From positions 1 through 20,357 of the forward strand of contig JBMOFD010000032.1 in NCBI GenBank assembly GCA_049314435.1: a stretch of 20,357 nt of DNA, in the 5' to 3' direction. The DNA comes from Chlamydiia bacterium. GTDB lineage: Bacteria > Chlamydiota > Chlamydiia > Chlamydiales > JBMOFD01. The notes under the pieces were generated by a model. The model worked only from the letters and a program-made list of their open reading frames with translations, was not told where the DNA came from and made no database searches. How positions within the stretch are numbered: the stretch's first letter is position 1; the number at the start of each line of letters is the position of its first letter. Below, in pieces: positions 10,201-17,151 of the stretch. A program made the position numbers and the translations under genes.

Positions 10201-10949
10201 TGAATGGAGACGAGTGTGCCCGATTCTCCTCGTGCCCACTGCCGTCGAAGAGCTTCTTGTCTTGTGGTGAAGAGCACCGTTAGGGCTTCGGTCTTGATCC
10301 TGATCAACTCCAGACCGGCTGCCTTCTCGGGCGTTGTGTTGAGCAATCGGCCTGACTCCTTCCACTTCGTCATGATCGGGGACAATTCGGCTTGTGCACG
10401 CTGGACCTTCTCCCACTCGACGATCTGCTGCTCCAATAGATTAGCGGACGTTCCTACCAGACTCGCGCGATCCCCTTGGACTTGACCTAGAAACTGCTGG
10501 AGAGCTCGCATGCGCTCTCGATGAGGGTTAGTGCCAAGGCTGATGCCAGGAAAGCTGCAGAACATGGAGAGCTCAGCAGGTGGCCGGAACATCACGGCCT
10601 CCCGCGCTCCCTCTTTCCCAGCCCACCAGTAGCGAAGACCCCAGGTGATGAGCGAGACCGCCAACTTCAAGAGAACCCAAATGGAGGCAATCCGCCAAGG
10701 TGGGGATGGCTCGGACATATCTAGTTGGCCGACTTCCCGAATGGTCACGTCCTGGACGCGGCTTCTCAGAGTTCGCGCAGCTGGGGCCGAGGCCTGGCAT
10801 ACCATCCCGTCGGTATCGGGCTGGGGTTTGAGAAGACCACGGGCCAAGCTCTCAGGAGAGAGGGTTCCCTTGGCTCGTGTCCACAAGACCGCATCGGCTA
10901 CGCCAGAAGCGGGCGAAGAGACCGCGACCTTTCTCCAGGCATGAGACAT
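1269..10949 (-). CDS. Giant (~3,226 aa) protein with a C-terminal DUF3638-like SF2 helicase/SecA-like ATPase module and several membrane-type segments; candidate secreted effector
   Basis: Uninterrupted 9.7-kb ORF. ATG at 10949 with GAGG upstream is preferred over the GTG at 10985. Motifs: LFLQMQKRIVVRQEQINVIREIL...RVVQARTGFGKT (Walker A, nt 4314-4340), LLDEAD (Walker B, 3924-3935), ITATP (motif III, 3015-3029), LRGVDF (motif V, ~2550-2567) and QGAGRARKLG (motif VI, ~2412-2441). This order matches DUF3638/DUF3645-type proteins as I recall them. Confidence 0.85.
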   Translation of the reverse strand: MSHAWRKVAVSSPASGVADAVLWTRAKGTLSPESLARGLLKPQPDTDGMVCQASAPAARTLRSRVQDVTIREVGQLDMSEPSPPWRIASIWVLLKLAVSLITWGLRYWWAGKEGAREAVMFRPPAELSMFCSFPGISLGTNPHRERMRALQQFLGQVQGDRASLVGTSANLLEQQIVEWEKVQRAQAELSPIMTKWKESGRLLNTTPEKAAGLELIRIKTEALTVLFTTRQEALRRQWARGESGTLVSIHGDLLQVLKLEPPAEGSTQTQVTRHLLQIGGENPLFPKLSTQALGPVEVTDIIGLDLGPPTPEATVDLPRTLQNLLDSLIGDQDHPENLRLEGVEQTPLIAQDSPLRPLLEAWTRSRTAHLEAPPQQPAHDEIFPIHLMFSAVAKLAESVGSHDPQARPDAQPVNDLFEAQLFKECAANCIRAASLFGGLVSLGLSVTALLESTAAGKSLLQGLRTAQKFVLVVPELLLQEVARRGHLHLGQPWSQALSALHRSLGIQPAVLSIQPAVALQSAPPQGALECGLAAVVTVHETRQVARQQRTADLGACAALIEKAMTERHQEGPELQQRSMLMARLEEIDARTILQRQDLQQDQDLPRLVNALDALKTRLDELCAPTNMVAFDHDEWMMAQRLNILQGTLGLARCRQVLANESLQALLATAKREVCAYPYGDMLYHMFLTDVRCPEELQNYRDDDGHNWNGPHPVFAEHPILHTERWRMAPDRPLFNPAGLDPYHAELFEPMLWLGCAGMIWRPEEGSQDQQNLEPSIQSLQSAHRSLKQAFCNLQAAQDTLSKTCTSKKPDEEYGAWTPASQPSFALSDAETRELQHLMAHMNAPGVQRLLSRCWVIQPDPGAILADLFADRPFVAKINFVRSGVDKASAPWKAFTQRLPALAQELQGRLRPAVQLNLTHFDLSWAQGDHFLDEEVAPRLLREKDTRILPPGGPAGSLLWAGGRHALHRLPPPALGRADLSSHLVDYQSLIRSLAPRSYGHKNKVGTSSGGRSGRTQARSWYDTTNQVSTLADGGHPRRVIAEADGRRLEVDNVRWHTALETEAARMHLQLKDLDILGSVGVDLEEPPEIRWSQVLGLIHNFPEILERPALLGLYVRATLSPPGFQFPPLVEDHVAHLVLGILDQARERFTQHPRLAARLLAFAARTLPHLAPKHHEAFIEKMREPLRFAETMSFSAYLLQALPHLPMAAMHDCLRAAMWLDRGSLLQETNLSESQLLEWRVSLLREADTLTQATWNGDESEWSRLHSAFLVQEWLPFVTQRTPERALLEVALARTLLQPGNQLMESTQEADGSVRYSVQPGANELAPGGRPPRSVTLRLDKGVIALSDTFQLLQKSAYAPPEAYQDIPCLRELVGDRSVFPVRRDEFCRRCLRVAGDLNSDEWIDLVETGEGYFLRGRFHDPRRPNGPLLNWEWSKPVPDARRSYPLLAHHGLWSCKEPSVELLIAGSSPLRAPAEEVYVATRLKGALKTLRGPRGSLLATPCTRGPLSRLIRNCPDARAFGKASGALQRVTFPSLHGLEFEAVSSPGWAKKYLPEDAESAFKVRKGNKEYMWYAPGLELAHKMFGAHFTACSVIPLIDKEGHAELWIIPDSKAHQVNRLPKIIQLNISQRDPDLASLRTADTESLVQTCLFAMSRNTPLPKAAIATLFLLRELSARAAPAIAESEREALIRGLEQTAETLPPLFKEWTKLRIEVISRRWGLPRRPITTEMLVFSVMMTINHRSGGALAGALANALGMGGLLDMVKAILGDAPLLFNDALVFDEAEHALLALNERNLSRSDVQEAPIMGLLTEFLRSSRVPEGALRPVLSVAESVLPQIVHGYFRGANRLLAEALYFPDPCALPDTQVLHPHDGALGALAIGSVDQVVSPSHRRWAIAALVTASLLGALCIATCVGVIPVVGLTLVALQLGTALGTMLLGGLGIWNLPRQILRASPAIPERPSALSADAKAQQAALEGLYGALEPPAGENGIGHHYQASLRMINDLPAGASPAADVDARLVQWATDPRTRIHLNKTLQQMMVERDRSRQWILQALQSVEDPRLSRWVLALRRGDRSQEAEALERALQIWCQGDLPLGGRTAELSAHLQHYLRSCCLQQGVERLLGAGDRPGPLREELERLRVLQASFAEVPQGQNEQQRRQEVALARYRLFLQMQKRIVVRQEQINVIREILDPAAPGRNRVVQARTGFGKTKVVTALALAVAFACQQDWTVVVTEQLLSTTRRDLSPTLEALTGESTLTVKIDRKDLEGSEGIHHAKGWSEKITEMRAKHQPILTTAETIAILEVEIACRLEAHAPDSDLKILRTLHQQLRQGRMLLDEADAILSAIRKLIFSLGHTLPIPTSHARLTGCFFDLLTRPNALDANILTQLYRDHPDVEIGQLQRDIAQLRRSFTTHTTATLLVNEAKSVERAIDALMRMALHEMGYQKWIAIALGHAALPDSFPDRELAKLARQLVHHSLPILFSGAMNREYGFSAERRIGVPFKEGEEEPDTQFSTFGDQLASTFAASCFTTPIDDDYLTNEWQRVICCIRAENLDPKAHNQTMADRLEGLRQEAEATNLQGHGGSVGTILRRLLDDDQQRDLRLFFCEKVLVHHITVYSGRAQRRMSAIIEGIEGAVCITATPRKQQLPSSCSEGRHETDDRSSSVETHAALLHGVANQPIAHLEACPDAQTAAQQLDSLITRNADGGISCQAVLNQAGIGHGVGSRAIAMRWARNFTCQVAFYDPDHPMPRRLITPCQNGSTLELIESEFVDADVESDLYAKTLFYFGPADLRGVDFTVPKSGVDLTIPHLPCPVQTVFTLIPSSTATDTSIEQGAGRARKLGTLHRAIIKLPHGTWEALKGDRPEATHADWLKDMLKRTQDEERRMERLRDSNDDEAKNARQATQRWLYGQGEVQPGDLDTVISLNEQLVDDRWAGALAPEARLNNQAERQVLLQKQVSVSLAKAIEVHHVALPTVTWKESLYDRLQPEADGPEPVVEQLGTRIKDHLEHQAYERNLRLLNQPSSANRFSAQKRRIQIDAYRSKRNLPPLAEANPSDQPLGAPKLNGKLSSAYHLGEQGLPTSQEVLVLRGRGFPQQTVLFVGGSEELRIQQQLASHRLPPVEVNPAEVDSESEEPASARPASAESNSEAYPGPYDWARYQVLLGKAPSYQPHWGLVNASTGNAALELCPDRIVEAGENTAVQASLVPGSYRRALPCFEGYP

Positions 10950-11104
10950 AGGGAAATCCTCAATAAATAAATCGAATTCTGTCACATTAATTATAGCGAC
11001 TGCCTGTTAAGTTACAGTTAAGAGTGCATAGTAAATATTGGAGTCGATGAGGGGCATGGTTTCACTTGGGCTGCCGATGGGGCCGACTGGCTGGGGTCAT
11101 GAAT

Positions 11105-11147
11105 GACGGACCGGTGCGGTCAGACGGACCGGTGCGGTCAGACGGAC
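11105..11147. repeat. 18-bp tandem repeat, about 2.4 copies
   Basis: GACGGACCGGTGCGGTCA at 11105-11122 and 11123-11140, followed by GACGGAC at 11141-11147. Confidence 0.9.
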
Positions 11148-11489
11148 TACCTGATTCGCCGGCCTAGGCCACCTTTGGTTCGGACTCTAACCACGCAGGA
11201 AGTCCAACCTGCGGCCCAGAAGGGCACATTGGTTTGGAAGTGGTTTCAGTGGCCAGGCAGGAGGCCTGCTTCTCTTCAACAGCGCGGCCTAGCTTCATGG
11301 CAACAAAGATCCGGCTGATTCCATTCGCCTGGGCGGCGCGCGCTTAGACCCCCTAACTTGGGGGAAGGGCATGACAAGTTCAACTCCGAATTCTGTCTAG
11401 ACATTGGAGTCCGCCTGAGGATACGCTCCAGCGCTATTCACCACAGTTGACACTGAAATGCCCGTCGCAAAATTCAACCCTTCCTAAAT

Positions 11490-11915
11490 ATGGCCCATCC
11501 TTCTCTTCCCATAAGGCCTTTTCCACACCTCTACAGAGCATTCCTCACAGGGATATCAATCCTTGCGATCGCGTCCGAAATGAGTCTGGCAGCGGCGTCT
11601 GCCCGTGAGAACAATCCCCATATCCGCCTGGTGCCCTCTGGAAAGAAAGGTATCGCACATGCCCGTGCAGTAAGGGATCTTCCAGAAACTGAAACGTATC
11701 CTCAATATGAGATCGACAACCGAAAGAATGACCGGAAAAGTGACGGTATCAAAGCAGCTAGTGCCGCAATAGCGGCTGCCGCGGCTGCTAGGCGTAATCC
11801 AGCTGCCGCCCTGGGATCGGCAGGCATAGCATATAGCTATGCCGGTGATGCGTATGAAGCCCACCAAGATGTGCAAAAAATGGAAGATCACAATTCCAAA
11901 GTCGATAAGAACTAA
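11490..11915 (+). CDS. Hypothetical protein, probably secreted (signal-peptide-like N-terminus, Ala/Gly-rich hydrophobic C-terminal segment)
   Basis: 141-aa ORF. RAFLTGISILAIASEMSLAAASA resembles a signal peptide ending in A-x-A, and the C-terminal region contains GIKAASAAIAAAAAARRNPAAALGSAGIAYSYAG. TTGACA occurs at 11447-11452 upstream. The start codon is uncertain (alternative ATG at 11580). Confidence 0.7.
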   Translation: MAHPSLPIRPFPHLYRAFLTGISILAIASEMSLAAASARENNPHIRLVPSGKKGIAHARAVRDLPETETYPQYEIDNRKNDRKSDGIKAASAAIAAAAAARRNPAAALGSAGIAYSYAGDAYEAHQDVQKMEDHNSKVDKN

Positions 11916-11927
11916 ACTGGATTAAAA

Positions 11928-12302
11928 ATGTTTCAAACGGTGTTGATCCTCTCGCTGATTCCTGCTGCCATAGGCCTTAGTATCTTTCTCCGATCTATTG
12001 CGGCCGCACAGCCGCCTATTTTCTCCAAGCCTTTTGGGAAATGTGTTTTCGCGATTTGGTTGGTGCTTTTTGTGAGCTATCTGCTGTGCACCCCGCAACC
12101 GACGAAGACGGGCTGGTTGTACTACGATCTGCTCTTCCCTTGGATAGCCTATCCGGCACTTGTTGTCTCAGCGATAGACTGGCTGGTAGATGCCCTGAAG
12201 GTACTTTGGCCCAAGTGCCCAAAGCTAACCTTCCAGGGAAAAGCTGGGCTGCTGATCCTCGCTTGTACAGGGACCCTCCTGAAGCAAATCTATTCATTCT
12301 AA
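11928..12302 (+). CDS. Small integral membrane protein (about 4 TM helices)
   Basis: 124-aa ORF 12 bp after the previous gene, with GGA upstream. Four hydrophobic stretches: VLILSLIPAAIGLSIFL, CVFAIWLVLFVSYLL, LLFPWIAYPALVVSAI and AGLLILACTGTLL. Confidence 0.75.
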   Translation: MFQTVLILSLIPAAIGLSIFLRSIAAAQPPIFSKPFGKCVFAIWLVLFVSYLLCTPQPTKTGWLYYDLLFPWIAYPALVVSAIDWLVDALKVLWPKCPKLTFQGKAGLLILACTGTLLKQIYSF

Positions 12303-12307
12303 GGTGG

Positions 12308-13810
12308 TCAGGAAGTAGTTTCAGTAGCCATGTAGGAAGCCTGTTTTTCTTCGACTGCTCGGCCTAGCTTCAAAGTAGCAAAAATCCATGCCACCAGAAC
12401 CACCATTACGGTGCACCCGATCCACGGAGTGGAGGCTGCTAGGCCACCACAGAGCACAATGAACCCTTGAGAGAGTACAGAGGCTCCTGATTTGCCCACG
12501 CTAGAGCCAAGGCCGTCAATGGCAGACTTGGCAATGCTCCGTGTGTTGCTATCCAACGGCAAGAAGGTCATCTCCTTAGTGGCATCGAACACGGAGTACT
12601 TGCACGCTTTGCTAAGGCAGTTCTGGAGCGAGCCGCAGTAGAGAGCTAGCAGCGCAGGTGTAAGACCCAGGAAGGCGATATGCGGTGCAAATCCAAGGCG
12701 TAGAGAGAAGAAGGTGATGCCCAGGCTGGCCATGACGATCGGTGTGATCATCGCTACGAAGGTCCATCCACAGCGCCGCATCATAGCAGCGAAGGCTAAG
12801 GCCCCTATCGTGGCAAAGACGCCGATACCCATGGTGATTAGGTTCATGTGCTCGAGGATCAAGATCGGATCCTTCAATGCGCGGTGTAGCTGATCCTTCC
12901 ACATCAAGTCAGTGAGGTTGATGGTTACGTTGTAGCCGATCAAGACGGTAGCGATGGAGAGAAGGTAGGGGTCTCTTGCCAACAGACGGAGTGCGGTGCG
13001 TACGCCAATGGGGCGCTTCTTCTCGTCGGAGCCCTGAATCACTTCAGCGGCTTTTCCAGGGAACAGCTTGCAGAGACGATGGAAGAGGAACATAGAGATG
13101 CAGCAGAAGGAACAGACAAGCAGAGTGACTTGTATGAGAGTCCCTTCCCAACGATCCACTTCAAAGATCGAAGTCAGCCAGGGCGCTGCAATAAGGCTGG
13201 CAGCCAAGGCGCCGAACAGCGGAGCTATGTTAGAGCTCAGATTCAAGATGCCATAGGTGCGCTTAGCTTCATCGATAGAGAAGAGCTCATTGGCCCAGCC
13301 CCAGTACAGAATCGCCAGGACTACGGAGCCCCAGAGTTCTGTCACCACAAAGAAGATGCTGATGTTCCAGTTAGCAATGATGGCGATGAGCCCCTTGCAC
13401 CCAGCAGGCAGAAGCTGAGTCAGGGTCGCCCCAAATGATGAAAGAACCAGCTGGTCTCGCATGGGGAAGAGGATGAAGGCGAAGAGCAAGTAGTAGAGGG
13501 TGTAAAACCCTAGGATTCGGAAGAAGCGTCCCTTGCGACTGCAGCGCTTAGATAGCTGTGTTACGATCCAGGTTGCGATCAGGGCGCCGGGTAGCATGCC
13601 CCATAGTTTTAGGAAGGGGAGCGCTTCAGCACCAGCCCCACCGGCCGTCAAAAGAAGCGTGTCCTTCATGTTCCGCATGACGCTGTAGCTCATGCACAAA
13701 AAGAAAAGGAGCCCAAAAAGGAGCCCCACCTTCAGCGTTTCCTCTGCGCGTACCGGCCAAAGCAGCCGCCGCCAGAATCCAAATTCCCCGTTCGATCTCT
13801 CTTCCATCAT
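12308..13810 (-). CDS. npt: Npt1/Npt2-family (TLC) nucleotide transporter (ATP/ADP translocase family)
   Basis: 500 aa with about 12 TM helices. Family motifs: EFGFWRRLLWPV, YSVMRNMKDTL, GAEALPFLKLWG, TELWGSVVLAILYWGWANE, EAKRTY, LSKACKYSVFDATKEMTFLPLD and KSAIDGLGSSVGKSG. Confidence 0.95.
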   Translation of the reverse strand: MMEERSNGEFGFWRRLLWPVRAEETLKVGLLFGLLFFLCMSYSVMRNMKDTLLLTAGGAGAEALPFLKLWGMLPGALIATWIVTQLSKRCSRKGRFFRILGFYTLYYLLFAFILFPMRDQLVLSSFGATLTQLLPAGCKGLIAIIANWNISIFFVVTELWGSVVLAILYWGWANELFSIDEAKRTYGILNLSSNIAPLFGALAASLIAAPWLTSIFEVDRWEGTLIQVTLLVCSFCCISMFLFHRLCKLFPGKAAEVIQGSDEKKRPIGVRTALRLLARDPYLLSIATVLIGYNVTINLTDLMWKDQLHRALKDPILILEHMNLITMGIGVFATIGALAFAAMMRRCGWTFVAMITPIVMASLGITFFSLRLGFAPHIAFLGLTPALLALYCGSLQNCLSKACKYSVFDATKEMTFLPLDSNTRSIAKSAIDGLGSSVGKSGASVLSQGFIVLCGGLAASTPWIGCTVMVVLVAWIFATLKLGRAVEEKQASYMATETTS

Positions 13811-14041
13811 GCAACCTGCCTCATGATAAACCCATCAATTGTCGCCGGTGGGGGGATAAATTTCAAAGCTTAATCCGGACGTAAAAAATTGTTTAACTGC
13901 TTTGGAAGGCTTTAGGACGCCCTGATGGGCTCGCGCTCTGGCACGGGGCGTTCTGTCATGGATCTAGTAAGTAATTAGTTTATAAAGACGCGCCGAGCCG
14001 TTGCAGTTTGGCATTGGCTGACCGAGCCGGAAGGCAGACCT

Positions 14042-14974
14042 TTAGGCGAGTGGTCGACGAGCGGTGATGGTCGGATACATGCGTCTGCTGTCGAAGTGGA
14101 CCGCGACATCGGTAAATCCGACGCTTCTGAAATCATCCTCCAGTTCCGACGCCGATCTGAAATTCCTCCATTTGGCCTGTAGAATGTCTCCAAACAGAAT
14201 AGCATCCATGAGCATGTCTTCGGTATTACATACGGTCAGATCCCAATCAGTGGGTTTCGCGTGTCCAGGCGGGTAGGTGTATACACTGGTAATCAACGTC
14301 CCGCCTGGCTTCAGCGCGATAAAGAAATTACGGTACAGGTCCAGGACTCTTGCTACCTCTGGCTCGTAGCAGTTCAACCCGCTGCTAGTGATGACATCAA
14401 ACGCCTTGTCGAAGCCGAGCGACCAAGCATTTCCTAAAATAAATTCGGCATCCGCAACGCCCAGGTGCTGGGCTAGTTCTCGACCGTGGTCCAAGCTTTC
14501 GGGATCAATATCAATGCCAACTATTCTGCAATCAGCAGCTCGGGATAGGTCGAGCGACAGTAGATCGCGCATGAGCCCGCAGGGAATGGATGCGAACACC
14601 GCTCCCGGTCGGACATGCTGTTGAAGCATCTTTTGAAAAATTCCACCGCGTTCACGGTGAGCAAGAACATTAGGACTCCGAGTGAGAAGGAATAGCTCCA
14701 TCGGGCTGTATGTTCTCTGATGAAGGTCGTGAGGAGTCTCGTTTCGGCTGAAGGGGTGGTGCAAGATATAGTCGGTCCAGTATCCGTTGACGCCTCTGCG
14801 CTCCAAGATAAACCGACCCATCTCACAGCCACACAATTGGTCGATCATTTCTAGTTGGTCGGAGACCGAAACATGGGGTAGATCTCCTCGCGAGGTAACC
14901 TGTGACACCAATTGGTCGAGTGCTATGTCGAAGGAGCTCTCTATGCATGCATGTGAGCGATTTGGACTATCCAT
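14042..14974 (-). CDS. Class I SAM-dependent methyltransferase
   Basis: Motif I variant FASIPCGLMRDLL, then IVGIDIDPESL, FDVITSSGL and ALKPGGTLITS. ATG at 14974 is preferred; the ORF extends to a GTG at 15037. Confidence 0.88.
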   Translation of the reverse strand: MDSPNRSHACIESSFDIALDQLVSQVTSRGDLPHVSVSDQLEMIDQLCGCEMGRFILERRGVNGYWTDYILHHPFSRNETPHDLHQRTYSPMELFLLTRSPNVLAHRERGGIFQKMLQQHVRPGAVFASIPCGLMRDLLSLDLSRAADCRIVGIDIDPESLDHGRELAQHLGVADAEFILGNAWSLGFDKAFDVITSSGLNCYEPEVARVLDLYRNFFIALKPGGTLITSVYTYPPGHAKPTDWDLTVCNTEDMLMDAILFGDILQAKWRNFRSASELEDDFRSVGFTDVAVHFDSRRMYPTITARRPLA

Positions 14975-15282
14975 GGCCTTTGTACTGCGGACCGCAGCCT
15001 CTTGCGTTGATGCTACTCTGCATCGTCGGTGGGGCACCTAGCCTACCTGCTTTCTCTAGGTCCAACAATCGAACAGAGTGTTCTATGAAAGACCAGAGTG
15101 ATGTGTCGTATTGTATAACAATCGCGGCTTATTATTCTTCGTCGGCCTGTTTGTGTGCGATAAAATTTTTTATCGACGCATATTGTGACGAGGCAAGTGT
15201 ACTGGTGGCTCTCTCATCTTTCCTTCCTGAGATGAGTGAGAGGGAGATTGGTCTGGTCTCTGTGGCTTTATCGGCGCGGGCT

Positions 15283-16473
15283 CTAAGCCTTGTAATAGGT
15301 TCTGAATTTGTAGTACGGATATAGCGACATGGCAAATATAAGCAATGACGCATAGACAAGGTACAGTCCTGGAACGCCAGGGGCTCCTAATAGCTTATAT
15401 AAATATAGAGAGCTGATGGCAAATAGTATGGCGATAGAGTCCGTCGAATCCATTAGACCATAGACTTTTCCGGTTTCATGGGGCTGGCGCTCCTTAGTGA
15501 TGATTGAGAAAATGCATGGGACCATGACGGCGCTAGCCGCCGCGTAGATCCCGTAGCAAGTGATTGACAGGACGTTGGTATACCCAGTTGACAAAAGCGA
15601 CATGGCCATGGGCACCTCAGCCATAAGCGACCCAACCAGACCGCAACTGATCAACTCCTCATCCGACAGCTTGGTGTAGCGCAGAAGCGCTACACCAACA
15701 TACGTGCCAATAATGTACGCTAGCGAGACGTGGTTAAATGGGGCAATGCTCAACTCAACGTCTGACATGAATATGATGTAGAACGAGTACTCCCATAGAA
15801 AGAACGTCAGCAATGCGAGTCGAACCCGTCCGTGACCCAGCAGATCGGTAAAGATCCTTCGAACTTCTTCTTTCAGTTTTTGCAGAATGGTGCCCGCATC
15901 GAATTCATGCGGCACCCGGTCGCGGGCGTCTCGGAATTCTCGGAAGGCTAGATAGGCGCTAAGGAACAGGGCACCCATTATGGCGGCGTTGGAGTAGTAG
16001 CTTCCTAGCTGATCGTGGAGCGTAATGATCATCAGATAGGCTGATGCAATGGCCGCAATCGAGATGGCAAAGGCAATGCGAAATTGCCGATGTCGAATGT
16101 CGGCGATTGCGGCCCAGGAGAGGCCCAAGGTGTTCCCAAGGGCAGCCTTGCCGAGGATCGCCAGAGGTACAAGAAACAGTCCTCTTGAGTAGGCGCTGTC
16201 TAGGAGGGCCAGCCCCATGGCTATTCCGGAGCAGGTCAGAGAAAAAATAAGGCTCCGTCGTCTGCAGTAGAAGTCGGAATACCCTGCCTGGATGGGAGAG
16301 GCGACGATTTGCACCAGTAGGAAAGCAACGCAGAACCCGAGGCCCGTATAGCTGTAGTGGTCCGAAAGGACTCGAATAATGTGGCTATGACAAATTTGAT
16401 CAATGAAAATAAAGCCCAGCAGTAAGGCAAATTGCTTGTTGATCAATCTGGGATGAGCTGTGTGCTCAGGCAT
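15283..16473 (-). CDS. MFS transporter (TetA/DHA1-like fold)
   Basis: 396 aa with about 12 hydrophobic helices. MFS motif A variant PIQAGYSDFYCRRRSL, plus AAIADI and ETGKVYGL. Confidence 0.88.
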   Translation of the reverse strand: MPEHTAHPRLINKQFALLLGFIFIDQICHSHIIRVLSDHYSYTGLGFCVAFLLVQIVASPIQAGYSDFYCRRRSLIFSLTCSGIAMGLALLDSAYSRGLFLVPLAILGKAALGNTLGLSWAAIADIRHRQFRIAFAISIAAIASAYLMIITLHDQLGSYYSNAAIMGALFLSAYLAFREFRDARDRVPHEFDAGTILQKLKEEVRRIFTDLLGHGRVRLALLTFFLWEYSFYIIFMSDVELSIAPFNHVSLAYIIGTYVGVALLRYTKLSDEELISCGLVGSLMAEVPMAMSLLSTGYTNVLSITCYGIYAAASAVMVPCIFSIITKERQPHETGKVYGLMDSTDSIAILFAISSLYLYKLLGAPGVPGLYLVYASLLIFAMSLYPYYKFRTYYKA

Positions 16474-16695
16474 ACCATCGCCAATGCTTGAGTAGTGCTA
16501 GCTGGGGCTGGGGCCGAGCATTGTCTGAGCTCCCAAATCAGCGTTTGGGCCTTTATTGCCATCTTTCGGATATGTGCGCAAATCTCGCTGAGAGCCGGCT
16601 TTTGAATGGATGCGCTAGCCATGTTCGAGCCAGCTCTGTACAACGACTTTCAAGAAAGCCCAGTTTCGGGCATACCTCTGAGCCTCGGAGGATCT

Positions 16696-16983
16696 ATGAG
16701 TGCATTATTTTCATTGACATCACGCGATCAAGCCTTCTTTCAAGCTATGGAAGAGCTGTTTAGGACTCAGTTTCCCGACCTTATCGATCGATTTGGTATT
16801 TGGCGGGTACATCATCATTTTGAGTTGACTAGCCATGAAGTACTTCATGAGACAACTGACCTACAAGCTCGGACATCAACCCTAGCCATCATTCCGGCGG
16901 AGGAGCTGCCAAAGACTTCGGTTCCTTCGACTTGGTGTCTGACCGAAGATGGGCTGAATGTTGTGACTTGGTGTTGTGACTAA
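16696..16983 (+). CDS. Small hypothetical protein (95 aa) with an RFGIWRVHHHF motif and C-terminal WCCD
   Basis: A strong RBS (GGAGG, 16687-16691) precedes the ATG at 16696; the ORF track starts at 16606. It resembles an uncharacterised family with a pattern like RFG..L.H.HF.L...E.L.E....R, recognised from memory only. Confidence 0.75.
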   Translation: MSALFSLTSRDQAFFQAMEELFRTQFPDLIDRFGIWRVHHHFELTSHEVLHETTDLQARTSTLAIIPAEELPKTSVPSTWCLTEDGLNVVTWCCD

Positions 16984-17151
16984 TGCTCCCACGAGTCGAA
17001 GAGTAGAGCCGACGGCAGTCACGAGCATGCGTCAGTCATGGATAGTGACGTAGGTGTCGAGACAGGCAAGCGGCTGGGGCCGCGGGTGAACGTCTGTTGT
17101 TGACTGCCGTTTGGTATATGCAGATATGCCCTGGTTGGAGGGGACAATCAC

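Noticed and set aside
1511..10970. Numerous 60-230 aa ORFs overlapping the giant gene
   Set aside because: Shadow ORFs expected in high-GC coding sequence; none has recognisable motifs.
11103..11318. 71-aa ORF starting MTDRCGQTDRCGQTD
   Set aside because: The repeat is just the 18-bp tandem DNA repeat; there are no other coding signals.
14902..15359. ORFs 14902..15324 (+) and 15132..15359 (-)
   Set aside because: They overlap the methyltransferase and MFS genes, with no RBS or motifs.
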